32,000 nt of DNA from Nostoc punctiforme PCC 73102 (GCF_000020025.1 NC_010628.1:630001-662000); one strand, 5' to 3'. Shown: positions 17,024 to 24,191, numbered from the stretch's first letter. A program made the numbers and translations. The notes: generated by a model not told the origin, from the sequence alone.

Positions 17024-17123
17024 GGGACTTCCAAACAATAAATTATTCTATTTTCGTAGGGTGCGTTACGGTATTTCACCTAACGCACCTTACTAGTTTT
17101 ATATTTTTGTAATTGGAAGTCCC
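17024..17123. repeat. Nested inverted repeat in the intergenic spacer between the 101-aa (DUF5132-like) and 192-aa genes
   Basis: The outer repeat is a perfect 11 bp: GGGACTTCCAA (17024-17034) and TTGGAAGTCCC (17113-17123). The inner repeat is 13 bp: GTAGGGTGCGTTA (17056-17068) and TAACGCACCTTAC (17081-17093), with one G:T position. Confidence 0.5.
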
Positions 17124-17162
17124 ATTTGGCGAACAATTTAACTTGCTAATGGGCAAATGAAA

Positions 17163-17468
17163 TTACGCACCATTATCGGCGACATCCGCATTGGTGGCAC
17201 TAGCTTCAAATACGGGCGTTTCTTTTTCATCAGCGAGTTCAGCTCTGGCTTCGGCTACCATGTCTTCCCAGGTTTCTCCCATTTCTGCAATGGTTCCCTT
17301 GCTTCTTTCATAAAGACCAATTCCGCCTTTGATGACTGACTTGACTAAGGGTTTACCAACTCCAGCGACAATCGGCAATAAAACAGGTGCTAAAAGTACT
17401 GCACCAATTCCGACTATAATACCGGGAGCGCCTGCATCTTCAACAAAATCACTAATTTTAGGTGCCAT
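17163..17468 (-). CDS. Small membrane protein, DUF5132-like (101 aa)
   Basis: GAPGIIVGIGAVLLAPVLLPIVAGVGKPLVKSVIKGGIGLYE followed by an acidic tail (EDMVAEARAELADEKE). This resembles the DUF5132 family as I recall it. A strong SD (AGGAGG) lies about 8 nt upstream of the ATG. Confidence 0.65.
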   Translation of the reverse strand: MAPKISDFVEDAGAPGIIVGIGAVLLAPVLLPIVAGVGKPLVKSVIKGGIGLYERSKGTIAEMGETWEDMVAEARAELADEKETPVFEASATNADVADNGA

Positions 17469-17539
17469 ATTTAATTTCCTCCTACTTGATTAAGAAATCC
17501 TGGAAAGCTTTTTAAGGTACTCTGCTCGGCATAGTTGTA

Positions 17540-19792
17540 TCATCTTGCCGATGGTAGAGTTTTATGTTGAGGACTTTTAAGAATTGGACGCAAACCGTTG
17601 ACTCCAGCAACTACGGTTGAGCCATTATTGACTACCGTTGCAGCTAAGGGGTTAAGACCAAAGAAAACGGCGATCGCTAATGCTGCTAAATTAGGAACAG
17701 CAACAATTCCTGTGTTTTGCCGAATCAATTGCTTGGCTTGACGAGCGATCGCGATCGCTTCTAATAAACCATACAAGTCATTCTGCATTAACACTAAGTC
17801 TGCTGTCTCGCGGGCAATCTCAGAACTGTTGGCAAAGGAGACGGAAACATCGGCGTAGGCTAAAGCTGGCGAATCATTGATCCCATCGCCTACAAATGCA
17901 ACTGTCTTACCTTGTTCGTGCAGTTGGCGGACAACTGTTGCCTTTTGTTCAGGAAAAGCTTCGGCGTGAGTATGCGTTGGCAAAATACCAAGTTGAGCAG
18001 CTACAGCAGTAGCAGTTCGCTTGTTATCGCCGGTTAACATGTGAATTTCTACACCTTCGACCGTTGAAAGTGCTGTGATGACTTCCCGGCTTTCGGGACG
18101 AAGAAGGTCACTATATTTAATAATACCTTGAAGTTCACCGTTGCTGGCTACATAAATCGCCGAATTTGCAGATTTTTGCTGACCATTTAGTGCTTCGGTA
18201 TCAATGCCACTGGAGCGCAAAAAGCGATCGCTCCCAACATAAACTGTCTCTCCATCAATCTGAGCTTGCACGCCCAAACCTAGTTGATAGTCCCACTTAC
18301 TACGCGGCAAAATTTCCACTTGCTCTGCTTCGGCATAGCGAACAATTGCTTCTGCTACTGGATGAGTTAAACGCTGTTCGGCGGCAGCTGCCAATTCCAA
18401 CACCCGTAATCTTGAGGTTGCTGGATTGAGACTTTCCACACTGACTACATCAACTTCTCCCTTAGTCAGTGTCCCCGTTTTATCAAAAACTATGGTATCA
18501 ACTTCTGCTAGTTGTTCTAACGCCCGTCCGCTACGGATAAGAATCCCCCGTCGTGCAGCATAAGTTAATGCTGCTAAAACTGTTGTGGGGACGGAGACTC
18601 GAATACCTGTAGCAAAGTCTAGAGTTAAAACGCTGGCTGTCCGTGAAGGGTTACGGGTTGCGGCAAATACTGCCCCACCAAGTAACAAAGTTGGCACAAC
18701 AGCTTTTTGAGCAAATTTCGTCGCATAATTCTCCATCCGCGTATCGTGGATAGGTGCTTCTTGCATTAACTTAATGCTCTGTCCGGCGCGGGTATCATTG
18801 CCGATCCATTCGGCAACAATATAAATTCGTCCTTCTCGTACCAGCGTTGAGGCGAAAACTGGTTGTCCTTTTTTCTTCAAGACTGGCATCGACTCGCCAG
18901 TTAATTTTTGCTCATCTAGCAGGGCTTTACCTCGCAAAATGCTACCATCAACCGGCACTTGCTCGCCAGGGTAAACAATTACTGTATCGCCACGCTGCAC
19001 ATCTTGAATGGGAATTTGTTGCTTTGCGCCATTGCGTTCCACCCAAACAAATTGCCCCAGAGAACTAAGTAAATCTAGAGTTTGTTGAGCAGAAGAACGA
19101 GCCGTGCGATCGCGGATATTTTCACCCACTTCAATTAAACCGAGCATCAGCGATGGTGTAAGAAATTGCCCTTGGAAGGTAGTAATAGCGATCGCCATAA
19201 AATCCAAAAAGTCAATATTCAATTTTCGCTCTACCCTAATACCTTCCCATGCTCGTTGGACAACAGGTAAAGTAGCTAGAGCGATTGGAAGCACAACTAT
19301 CAAAGGTGGGATCGGTAATCCTAACGGCCCTCCTAGCACTGCTAAAGCAGTGGCAACAGCAGAGAGTTGTAAACCTGGCCAAGATGGCTCTTTTTCGGTT
19401 TCCGATAAAGATGTAGAGTTTTTGAGAACGACTACTTCACTTGCAGCCTGAATCAAATCGTGAAGGTGCGATCGCATCTTCGCATCGGAAACTTTATCAG
19501 ATTTATAAGTAACTGCAACTGACATTGCCGCAGGCTTGACACGAACATTCTTCACTAGCGCATCTGCTGTTAGCAATACTTCGAGACGCTTGGCATAATC
19601 TGCATCACAGCGTAAACGAGGTAGGCGAAACCGCAGCCTTCCCGGAGTTGTATGGACAATGCTGTAGGTAACGTTAGGGAACTCTCTTTGAGAATGTCCA
19701 TTAGTGTCAGTTAAAGAAGCTTTTCCATTCCCTTCCAACACAGTGAATTGAGATTTTGGAGGTGATGAGAGTTGCAGTGCTACTTTTGCCAT
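17540..19792 (-). CDS. P-type ATPase with P1B-like architecture, an N-terminal HMA2-like domain and non-canonical transmembrane ligand motifs
   Basis: Core motifs present: TGES, DKTGT (18470-18484), LTHPVAEAI, MLTGDN and GDGINDSPAL. The N-terminal domain is YSIVHTTPGRLRFRLPRLRCDADYAKRLE.... The TM4 position reads SVPT (18584-18595) instead of CPC/SPC. The last TM reads NNGSTVVAGVNGLR (17615-17629 = NNGST) instead of the HEG.T type. Confidence 0.9.
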   Translation of the reverse strand: MAKVALQLSSPPKSQFTVLEGNGKASLTDTNGHSQREFPNVTYSIVHTTPGRLRFRLPRLRCDADYAKRLEVLLTADALVKNVRVKPAAMSVAVTYKSDKVSDAKMRSHLHDLIQAASEVVVLKNSTSLSETEKEPSWPGLQLSAVATALAVLGGPLGLPIPPLIVVLPIALATLPVVQRAWEGIRVERKLNIDFLDFMAIAITTFQGQFLTPSLMLGLIEVGENIRDRTARSSAQQTLDLLSSLGQFVWVERNGAKQQIPIQDVQRGDTVIVYPGEQVPVDGSILRGKALLDEQKLTGESMPVLKKKGQPVFASTLVREGRIYIVAEWIGNDTRAGQSIKLMQEAPIHDTRMENYATKFAQKAVVPTLLLGGAVFAATRNPSRTASVLTLDFATGIRVSVPTTVLAALTYAARRGILIRSGRALEQLAEVDTIVFDKTGTLTKGEVDVVSVESLNPATSRLRVLELAAAAEQRLTHPVAEAIVRYAEAEQVEILPRSKWDYQLGLGVQAQIDGETVYVGSDRFLRSSGIDTEALNGQQKSANSAIYVASNGELQGIIKYSDLLRPESREVITALSTVEGVEIHMLTGDNKRTATAVAAQLGILPTHTHAEAFPEQKATVVRQLHEQGKTVAFVGDGINDSPALAYADVSVSFANSSEIARETADLVLMQNDLYGLLEAIAIARQAKQLIRQNTGIVAVPNLAALAIAVFFGLNPLAATVVNNGSTVVAGVNGLRPILKSPQHKTLPSAR

Positions 19793-19934
19793 TACTTTTC
19801 TTTAATCCAAAATTGTTACACTTCGATGAAAATCACACTCTCGGCTGGGGTATAGAGAGCAAATTAGCCACCAATCCTGCGAGATTGATTAGCTATCAAC
19901 AGTTTGGTTATTTATCATTTGCTGGATTTCTGAG

Positions 19935-20774
19935 CTAATTTATCGCTGTGGCGGGATCATTTACAGATTCAATTAGACTGGCTAGATGAGATATTGCTGC
20001 TGACAAAAAGCTTTGCACTCGCTTCTGAGAATCCCGCATCATTCCAGTTTTATAGGTAATGACAACTGATCTCGCAGCGCTATTAACTCGCTCACTGGTA
20101 ACTGTCGAATCTGATTTGAGTAATGCCTCTAACCGTTGGACATATTTGGGATCGCAGGCAATTCGAGGCACACGAAACCGCACTCTTCCGGGAATTGCAT
20201 GAGCAATGCTATAAGCTACTTTTGCAGGTTTTTTTGGTTGTTGAATTACAGAATGAGCCGAAGATACCGAATTGTTTTTAGTCTTAGAGACTGATGCATC
20301 CGCAGAAGATAAAGAGAATGTTGCTGATTTCTGCTTCTGTGGTTGCATTGTTGGCTTTCTATCCTGCCTGTCTTCTGTTGCCACTAACGCTGAGTATGGT
20401 TTCAATTGGTTTGCAGTTGCTAGTACTACTTTTTCATTACCAGCCAACTGAATCAAATTAGCCAAATGCGATCGCATATCAACATCTGACACTACATCAG
20501 ATTTATAGGTAATGGCAATTGACCCTACCATAGTATTATTAACTTGCCGATCTATTACCAAAGGCTCATTAGCAAGCAAGGCAACAAGACGTTCCACATA
20601 TTTTGGATCTTCGCAAATCTGAGGGATGCAAAACGCCACTTGTCCAGGAAATGCACAAATAATGCTATGTACTACCCTTGAAGGCGGCGTTGCTGGGTAA
20701 TTAATCTTGTCTGTGACTGTTGGCTCTGGTTTTTTGTCTAAATCTGCTATCGATTCTAAATTTAAAACAGCCAT
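19935..20774 (-). CDS. Protein with two tandem HMA2-like domains (279 aa)
   Basis: Domain 1 is HSIICAFPGQVAFCIPQICEDPKYVERLVALL...GSIAITY. Domain 2 is YSIAHAIPGRVRFRVPRIACDPKYVQRLEALL...RSVVITY. A GGAGG SD lies upstream of the ATG. Confidence 0.7.
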   Translation of the reverse strand: MAVLNLESIADLDKKPEPTVTDKINYPATPPSRVVHSIICAFPGQVAFCIPQICEDPKYVERLVALLANEPLVIDRQVNNTMVGSIAITYKSDVVSDVDMRSHLANLIQLAGNEKVVLATANQLKPYSALVATEDRQDRKPTMQPQKQKSATFSLSSADASVSKTKNNSVSSAHSVIQQPKKPAKVAYSIAHAIPGRVRFRVPRIACDPKYVQRLEALLKSDSTVTSERVNSAARSVVITYKTGMMRDSQKRVQSFLSAAISHLASLIESVNDPATAIN

Positions 20775-20811
20775 AATTCCCCTCCAGTATTCCGCAATTT
20801 GAAACTGTATA

Positions 20812-21900
20812 TTAGGTTTCCAAGGGTAAGTTCGCCATAATGCCTAATGAGAAAAACATCGCAGGCGGTTTTAAGTTAGTCCACAAACTGGATAACTCTG
20901 AATTTATTTCGCTTGCTGTTGTTGAGTTGATAACTTCAGGAGTCTGACTAACATTTAAACTTGTTTGATGTGACGTTGTTGCGTCTGTAATTTGATTCAT
21001 CTGACTAACTTCTTGGAGGGGTTGGTTAGCCGTTGTAATTGGCTGCATTGGTGGGTTTGTCTCCAACGCTAATTCCATCAAACTCACCCAATAAGATAAT
21101 GGAATATCATGAGACTGATAAGCGATCGCGATCGATGCTGCATCAAAATTCATCCGCACACTTGTAACTTCAGCATCGGTTTTCACTATTCTCTCAAGTC
21201 GCCGCCCATAAGCTCGATCTTGAGCGATTTTTGGCACATGGAAGCGAATACGTCCGCTAATTGCATGGATTACGCTATAGTCAATCTTTGCAGCTGCTGC
21301 CACCTCGCTAGCCTTCTTAAGATTATTTGTTGACTTTTCTTGTTGGATAGTAGATTGGCATTCCTCTTTTGATAATTCCGATATCGCAGAACTGGTATTA
21401 TTACCGTCGTTTTTTTCTGATGTCGGAACTTGAGAGCCAAGATAACCAATTACACCACGGGTTGCATCCGCCGCAATCATATAAACTGGAATCGATACCC
21501 AGCCATGAATTCCTAACCCTCCTGTTACCGCCAAGCCTGTCATCATCGGAATTAAGGAAACACCCTGCTCTTTCCAAAATAAAGGCGATTTCCAAGCTGC
21601 AAAGGGATCGGTTTTGCTAGGTGAATCAGATGAAGCTTGCGGCTGTTGGATCTCAATATCGGATTTTAGCGCCAAAATTTGCGGTAATGAGAGCTTGTCT
21701 TCATTAAAATTAACTACCAAACTGCCAGTTTGCCCATTCACAGCAACTTCCGTCACTCCCTCTAAAGAGCGTAAATCTTGAGCTATGCTGTCTAATATTG
21801 AGTTCAAACTACTGTCAGTGGTGCGGAATCGCACGCGCCCAGTAGTTACATGAACTATTTGCAACCCACCAGAGGGCTGTAACTTCGTTGACTGTGCCAT
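20812..21900 (-). CDS. Protein with two HMA2-like domains separated by a hydrophobic segment (362 aa). First gene of the minus-strand cluster.
   Basis: Domain 1 is LQIVHVTTGRVRFRTTDSS...GSLVVNF. The hydrophobic region is GVSLIPMMTGLAVTGGLGIHGWVSIPVYMIAADA. Domain 2 is YSVIHAISGRIRFHVPKIAQDRAYGRRLERIV...ASIAIAY. Confidence 0.7.
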   Translation of the reverse strand: MAQSTKLQPSGGLQIVHVTTGRVRFRTTDSSLNSILDSIAQDLRSLEGVTEVAVNGQTGSLVVNFNEDKLSLPQILALKSDIEIQQPQASSDSPSKTDPFAAWKSPLFWKEQGVSLIPMMTGLAVTGGLGIHGWVSIPVYMIAADATRGVIGYLGSQVPTSEKNDGNNTSSAISELSKEECQSTIQQEKSTNNLKKASEVAAAAKIDYSVIHAISGRIRFHVPKIAQDRAYGRRLERIVKTDAEVTSVRMNFDAASIAIAYQSHDIPLSYWVSLMELALETNPPMQPITTANQPLQEVSQMNQITDATTSHQTSLNVSQTPEVINSTTASEINSELSSLWTNLKPPAMFFSLGIMANLPLET

Positions 21901-22005
21901 CTTAGTTGCTTTGTTCTGTAAAGATTAAATTAGGAGATACTTTAGCGACAATATTTAATTTTTCACGATTACTAATATTTTTAGTCATTTACCTGATTAC
22001 CCAAT

Positions 22006-22048
22006 AGCTAGATCAAGTCAATAGGTTAACAATAGGTTAAATCTAGCT
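22006..22048. promoter_or_regulatory. Candidate operator: two perfect tandem 11-bp direct repeats (CAATAGGTTAA x2) bracketed by an 8-bp inverted repeat
   Basis: The direct repeats are at 22019-22029 and 22030-22040. They are flanked by AGCTAGAT (22006-22013) and ATCTAGCT (22041-22048). The site lies in the divergent spacer between the HMA2-like cluster and the ABC operon. Confidence 0.35.
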
Positions 22049-22091
22049 TAAATCTGGGTATAAAGTATGTGTCTTCAGAATTATTTTTAAC

Positions 22092-22113
22092 AATAATTTT
22101 CATGAAAATGATT
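22092..22113. promoter_or_regulatory. AT-rich 22-bp palindrome (AATAATTTTCA|TGAAAATGATT), a candidate dimeric repressor site with some Fur-box likeness
   Basis: The 12-bp core TTTTCATGAAAA is perfect and the arms have one mismatch. It lies in the same divergent spacer, about 190-210 bp from the 362-aa gene start and about 225 bp from the ABC start. Confidence 0.3.
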
Positions 22114-22335
22114 ATTTAAGAAAGACAGACTTCTGAAAGCTCCCACTTCAGCCTTTAGCCAGGTGCGAGTTATTTACTTTAGACATAATAGAGGTAGATT
22201 CTCGCTCCCAGAGTTGAACATAATTGCTGAGTACGCAATTATGCTAATAATTTGTGTTCAAATACAGAAACCAGGGTATTTGAGCATTTCTAAGGGAGTA
22301 AAGGCTGAAAGAATTGATATTGTGTATGAGATTTT

Positions 22336-23340
22336 ATGATCGAAGTTGAGCATTTAAGTAAAATATACGGTTCCACCCCAGCGATTACTGATGTTACTTT
22401 TAGTGTCGAACCTGGGGAGATTTTAGGGCTTCTGGGGCCAAATGGCGCTGGTAAAACTACAACCATGCGGATTCTGGCAGGTTATTTACCAGCAACAAAT
22501 GGGAATGCCCGCATTGCTGGTTATGATGTCCATGAAAATTCTCTAGCGGTACGCCAACGAATTGGTTATTTACCCGAAACACCGCCGTTATATCCAGACA
22601 TGACTGTGGAGGGATTTTTGCATTTTGTTGCCCAGATTAAGGGAGTTCCAGCAGGCGATCGCCCCAACAAGGTAACAGCCGCTATCAAACGCTGCAACTT
22701 AGAAGATAAGCGGCGGGTAATTATTCGCAAACTCTCTAAAGGATATCGCCAACGTGTAGGAATTGCTCAAGCGATCGTTCACGATCCACCAGCGATCATT
22801 CTCGATGAACCCACCGTTGGACTCGATCCCCGACAAATAATTGAGGTACGGAATTTAATTAAAAGCCTCGCTGGGACTCATACAATTATTCTTTCGACGC
22901 ACATTCTGCCAGAAGTGAGCATGACTTGTAGCCGCGTCGCTATTATTAATCGCGGCAAAGTTGTGGCAACTAATACACCAGAAAACCTGATGACTCAGTT
23001 GACAGGCGGTTCCGGGTATGAGTTGGAAATAGAAGGAGAAGCTGCCCTAGCGAAACAGGTATTGCAAAATGTCGCGGGTGTGAGTCTGATCGAATCAATT
23101 CCCACCGCCGGAGGTCATCACCCACAAGCAAATCGCGCTTACCTGCGGGTGATATCGCAACCGGGAAAAGAACCAGGAAAGGATATTGTTGCAACCTTGG
23201 TGCGTGCAGGCTTTGGTTTACATGAACTGCGGCGAGTTAACGCTACCTTAGAAGATGTGTTTTTGCAACTGACCACAGAAGAAAAGAATTTCGAGACTGA
23301 GGTAGACTTAGCAGCAGACAACGAAGGAGAGGCAGCGTAA
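22336..23340 (+). CDS. ABC transporter ATP-binding protein
   Basis: Walker A GPNGAGKTT, signature LSKGYRQR, Walker B IILDEPTVGLD. Confidence 0.9.
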   Translation: MIEVEHLSKIYGSTPAITDVTFSVEPGEILGLLGPNGAGKTTTMRILAGYLPATNGNARIAGYDVHENSLAVRQRIGYLPETPPLYPDMTVEGFLHFVAQIKGVPAGDRPNKVTAAIKRCNLEDKRRVIIRKLSKGYRQRVGIAQAIVHDPPAIILDEPTVGLDPRQIIEVRNLIKSLAGTHTIILSTHILPEVSMTCSRVAIINRGKVVATNTPENLMTQLTGGSGYELEIEGEAALAKQVLQNVAGVSLIESIPTAGGHHPQANRAYLRVISQPGKEPGKDIVATLVRAGFGLHELRRVNATLEDVFLQLTTEEKNFETEVDLAADNEGEAA

Positions 23341-24153
23341 ATGGGTGTAGTTCTGAGTAATATTATTGCCATTTATCGCCGAGAGTTACAGAGTTATTTT
23401 GTATCACCTTTGGCTTATGCGATCGCAGGCATATTTTGGTTCATCGCCGGGTTATTCTTCGTGATGATTTTGCTAGGGCCAGATGGCATTTTGCTAGGAG
23501 TGGCGGCAATAGATGCACAAGGTCAACAACTCGGAGTGCCAACACCACCGATAGATGTCCCCTACGAATTTGTTCGAGCATTTTTGGATCGTATGGGGTG
23601 GCTATTGTTGTTTATCTTGCCAATACTCTCGATGGGACTCTATGCCGAAGAACGCAAACGCGGCACTTTAGAACTATTAGCCACGTCACCAATCACCAAT
23701 TGGGCGGTAGCAGTAGGTAAGTTATTAGGCGTGCTAACATTTTTTATCACAATGGTTGTACCCATGCTAGTGTTTGAAGCGATCGCCATTAGTGGATCAA
23801 ATCCACCAATGGCGCTTTCAATTCCCTTGTTGGGTCATTTTGGATTAATCTTACTAGCAGCAGCAATATTATCTGTAGGAATGTTTATTTCTTCCTTAAC
23901 AGACAGCACAATTTTGTCTGCCGTCCTCACGTTTGCAGTAATTTTATTATTGTTATTGATTGATTTAATCGCCAAAATTGTCCCTGGTCCAGTGGGTGAA
24001 GCTTTAGGTTATTTATCATTGTTGAAACATTACAACACCTTAACTCAAGGGATTTTTGATACCAGCGCCTTAATTTTATTTGCTAGTTACATTTTTTTAG
24101 GCATCTTTCTGACCGCTCAATCAATTGATGCACTGCGTTTTCAAAGGCAGTAG
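23341..24153 (+). CDS. ABC-2 type transporter permease
   Basis: The ATG directly abuts the upstream TAA, consistent with translational coupling. There are about 6 hydrophobic helices, plus the AEERKRGTLELL motif typical of ABC-2 permeases. Confidence 0.8.
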   Translation: MGVVLSNIIAIYRRELQSYFVSPLAYAIAGIFWFIAGLFFVMILLGPDGILLGVAAIDAQGQQLGVPTPPIDVPYEFVRAFLDRMGWLLLFILPILSMGLYAEERKRGTLELLATSPITNWAVAVGKLLGVLTFFITMVVPMLVFEAIAISGSNPPMALSIPLLGHFGLILLAAAILSVGMFISSLTDSTILSAVLTFAVILLLLLIDLIAKIVPGPVGEALGYLSLLKHYNTLTQGIFDTSALILFASYIFLGIFLTAQSIDALRFQRQ

Positions 24154-24159
24154 TCATTT

Positions 24160-24187
24160 GACAAATGACCAATGACAAATGACAAAT
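24160..24187. repeat. STRR-like heptamer array (GACAAAT GACCAAT GACAAAT GACAAAT)
   Basis: Four consecutive heptamers lie just upstream of the 24192 start. A shorter copy (CCAATGACAAATGAC) lies at 25898-25912, just after that gene's stop. Confidence 0.6.
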
Positions 24188-24191
24188 CATT

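Noticed and set aside
18166-19451. Three plus-strand ORFs (18166..18429, 18847..19068, 19104..19451) inside the ATPase gene
   Set aside because: They lie antisense to a gene with unmistakable P-type ATPase motifs. Their products are Arg/Leu/Ser-rich, as expected of shadow frames, and carry no motifs.
17540-19792. Calling the ATPase a copper, zinc or cadmium exporter (copA/zntA-like)
   Set aside because: The N-terminal domain lacks CxxC. TM4 lacks CPC/SPC/CPH and the last TM lacks His/Glu/Cys ligands. Assigning a soft-metal substrate would go beyond what the sequence supports.
22049-22062. Shared motif TAAATCTGGG(T/C)ATA at 22049-22062 and 29986-29999, upstream of two different divergent gene pairs
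   Set aside because: A 13-of-14 match between two sites is expected many times by chance among all position pairs in 32 kb on both strands. This is not enough to claim a common operator.
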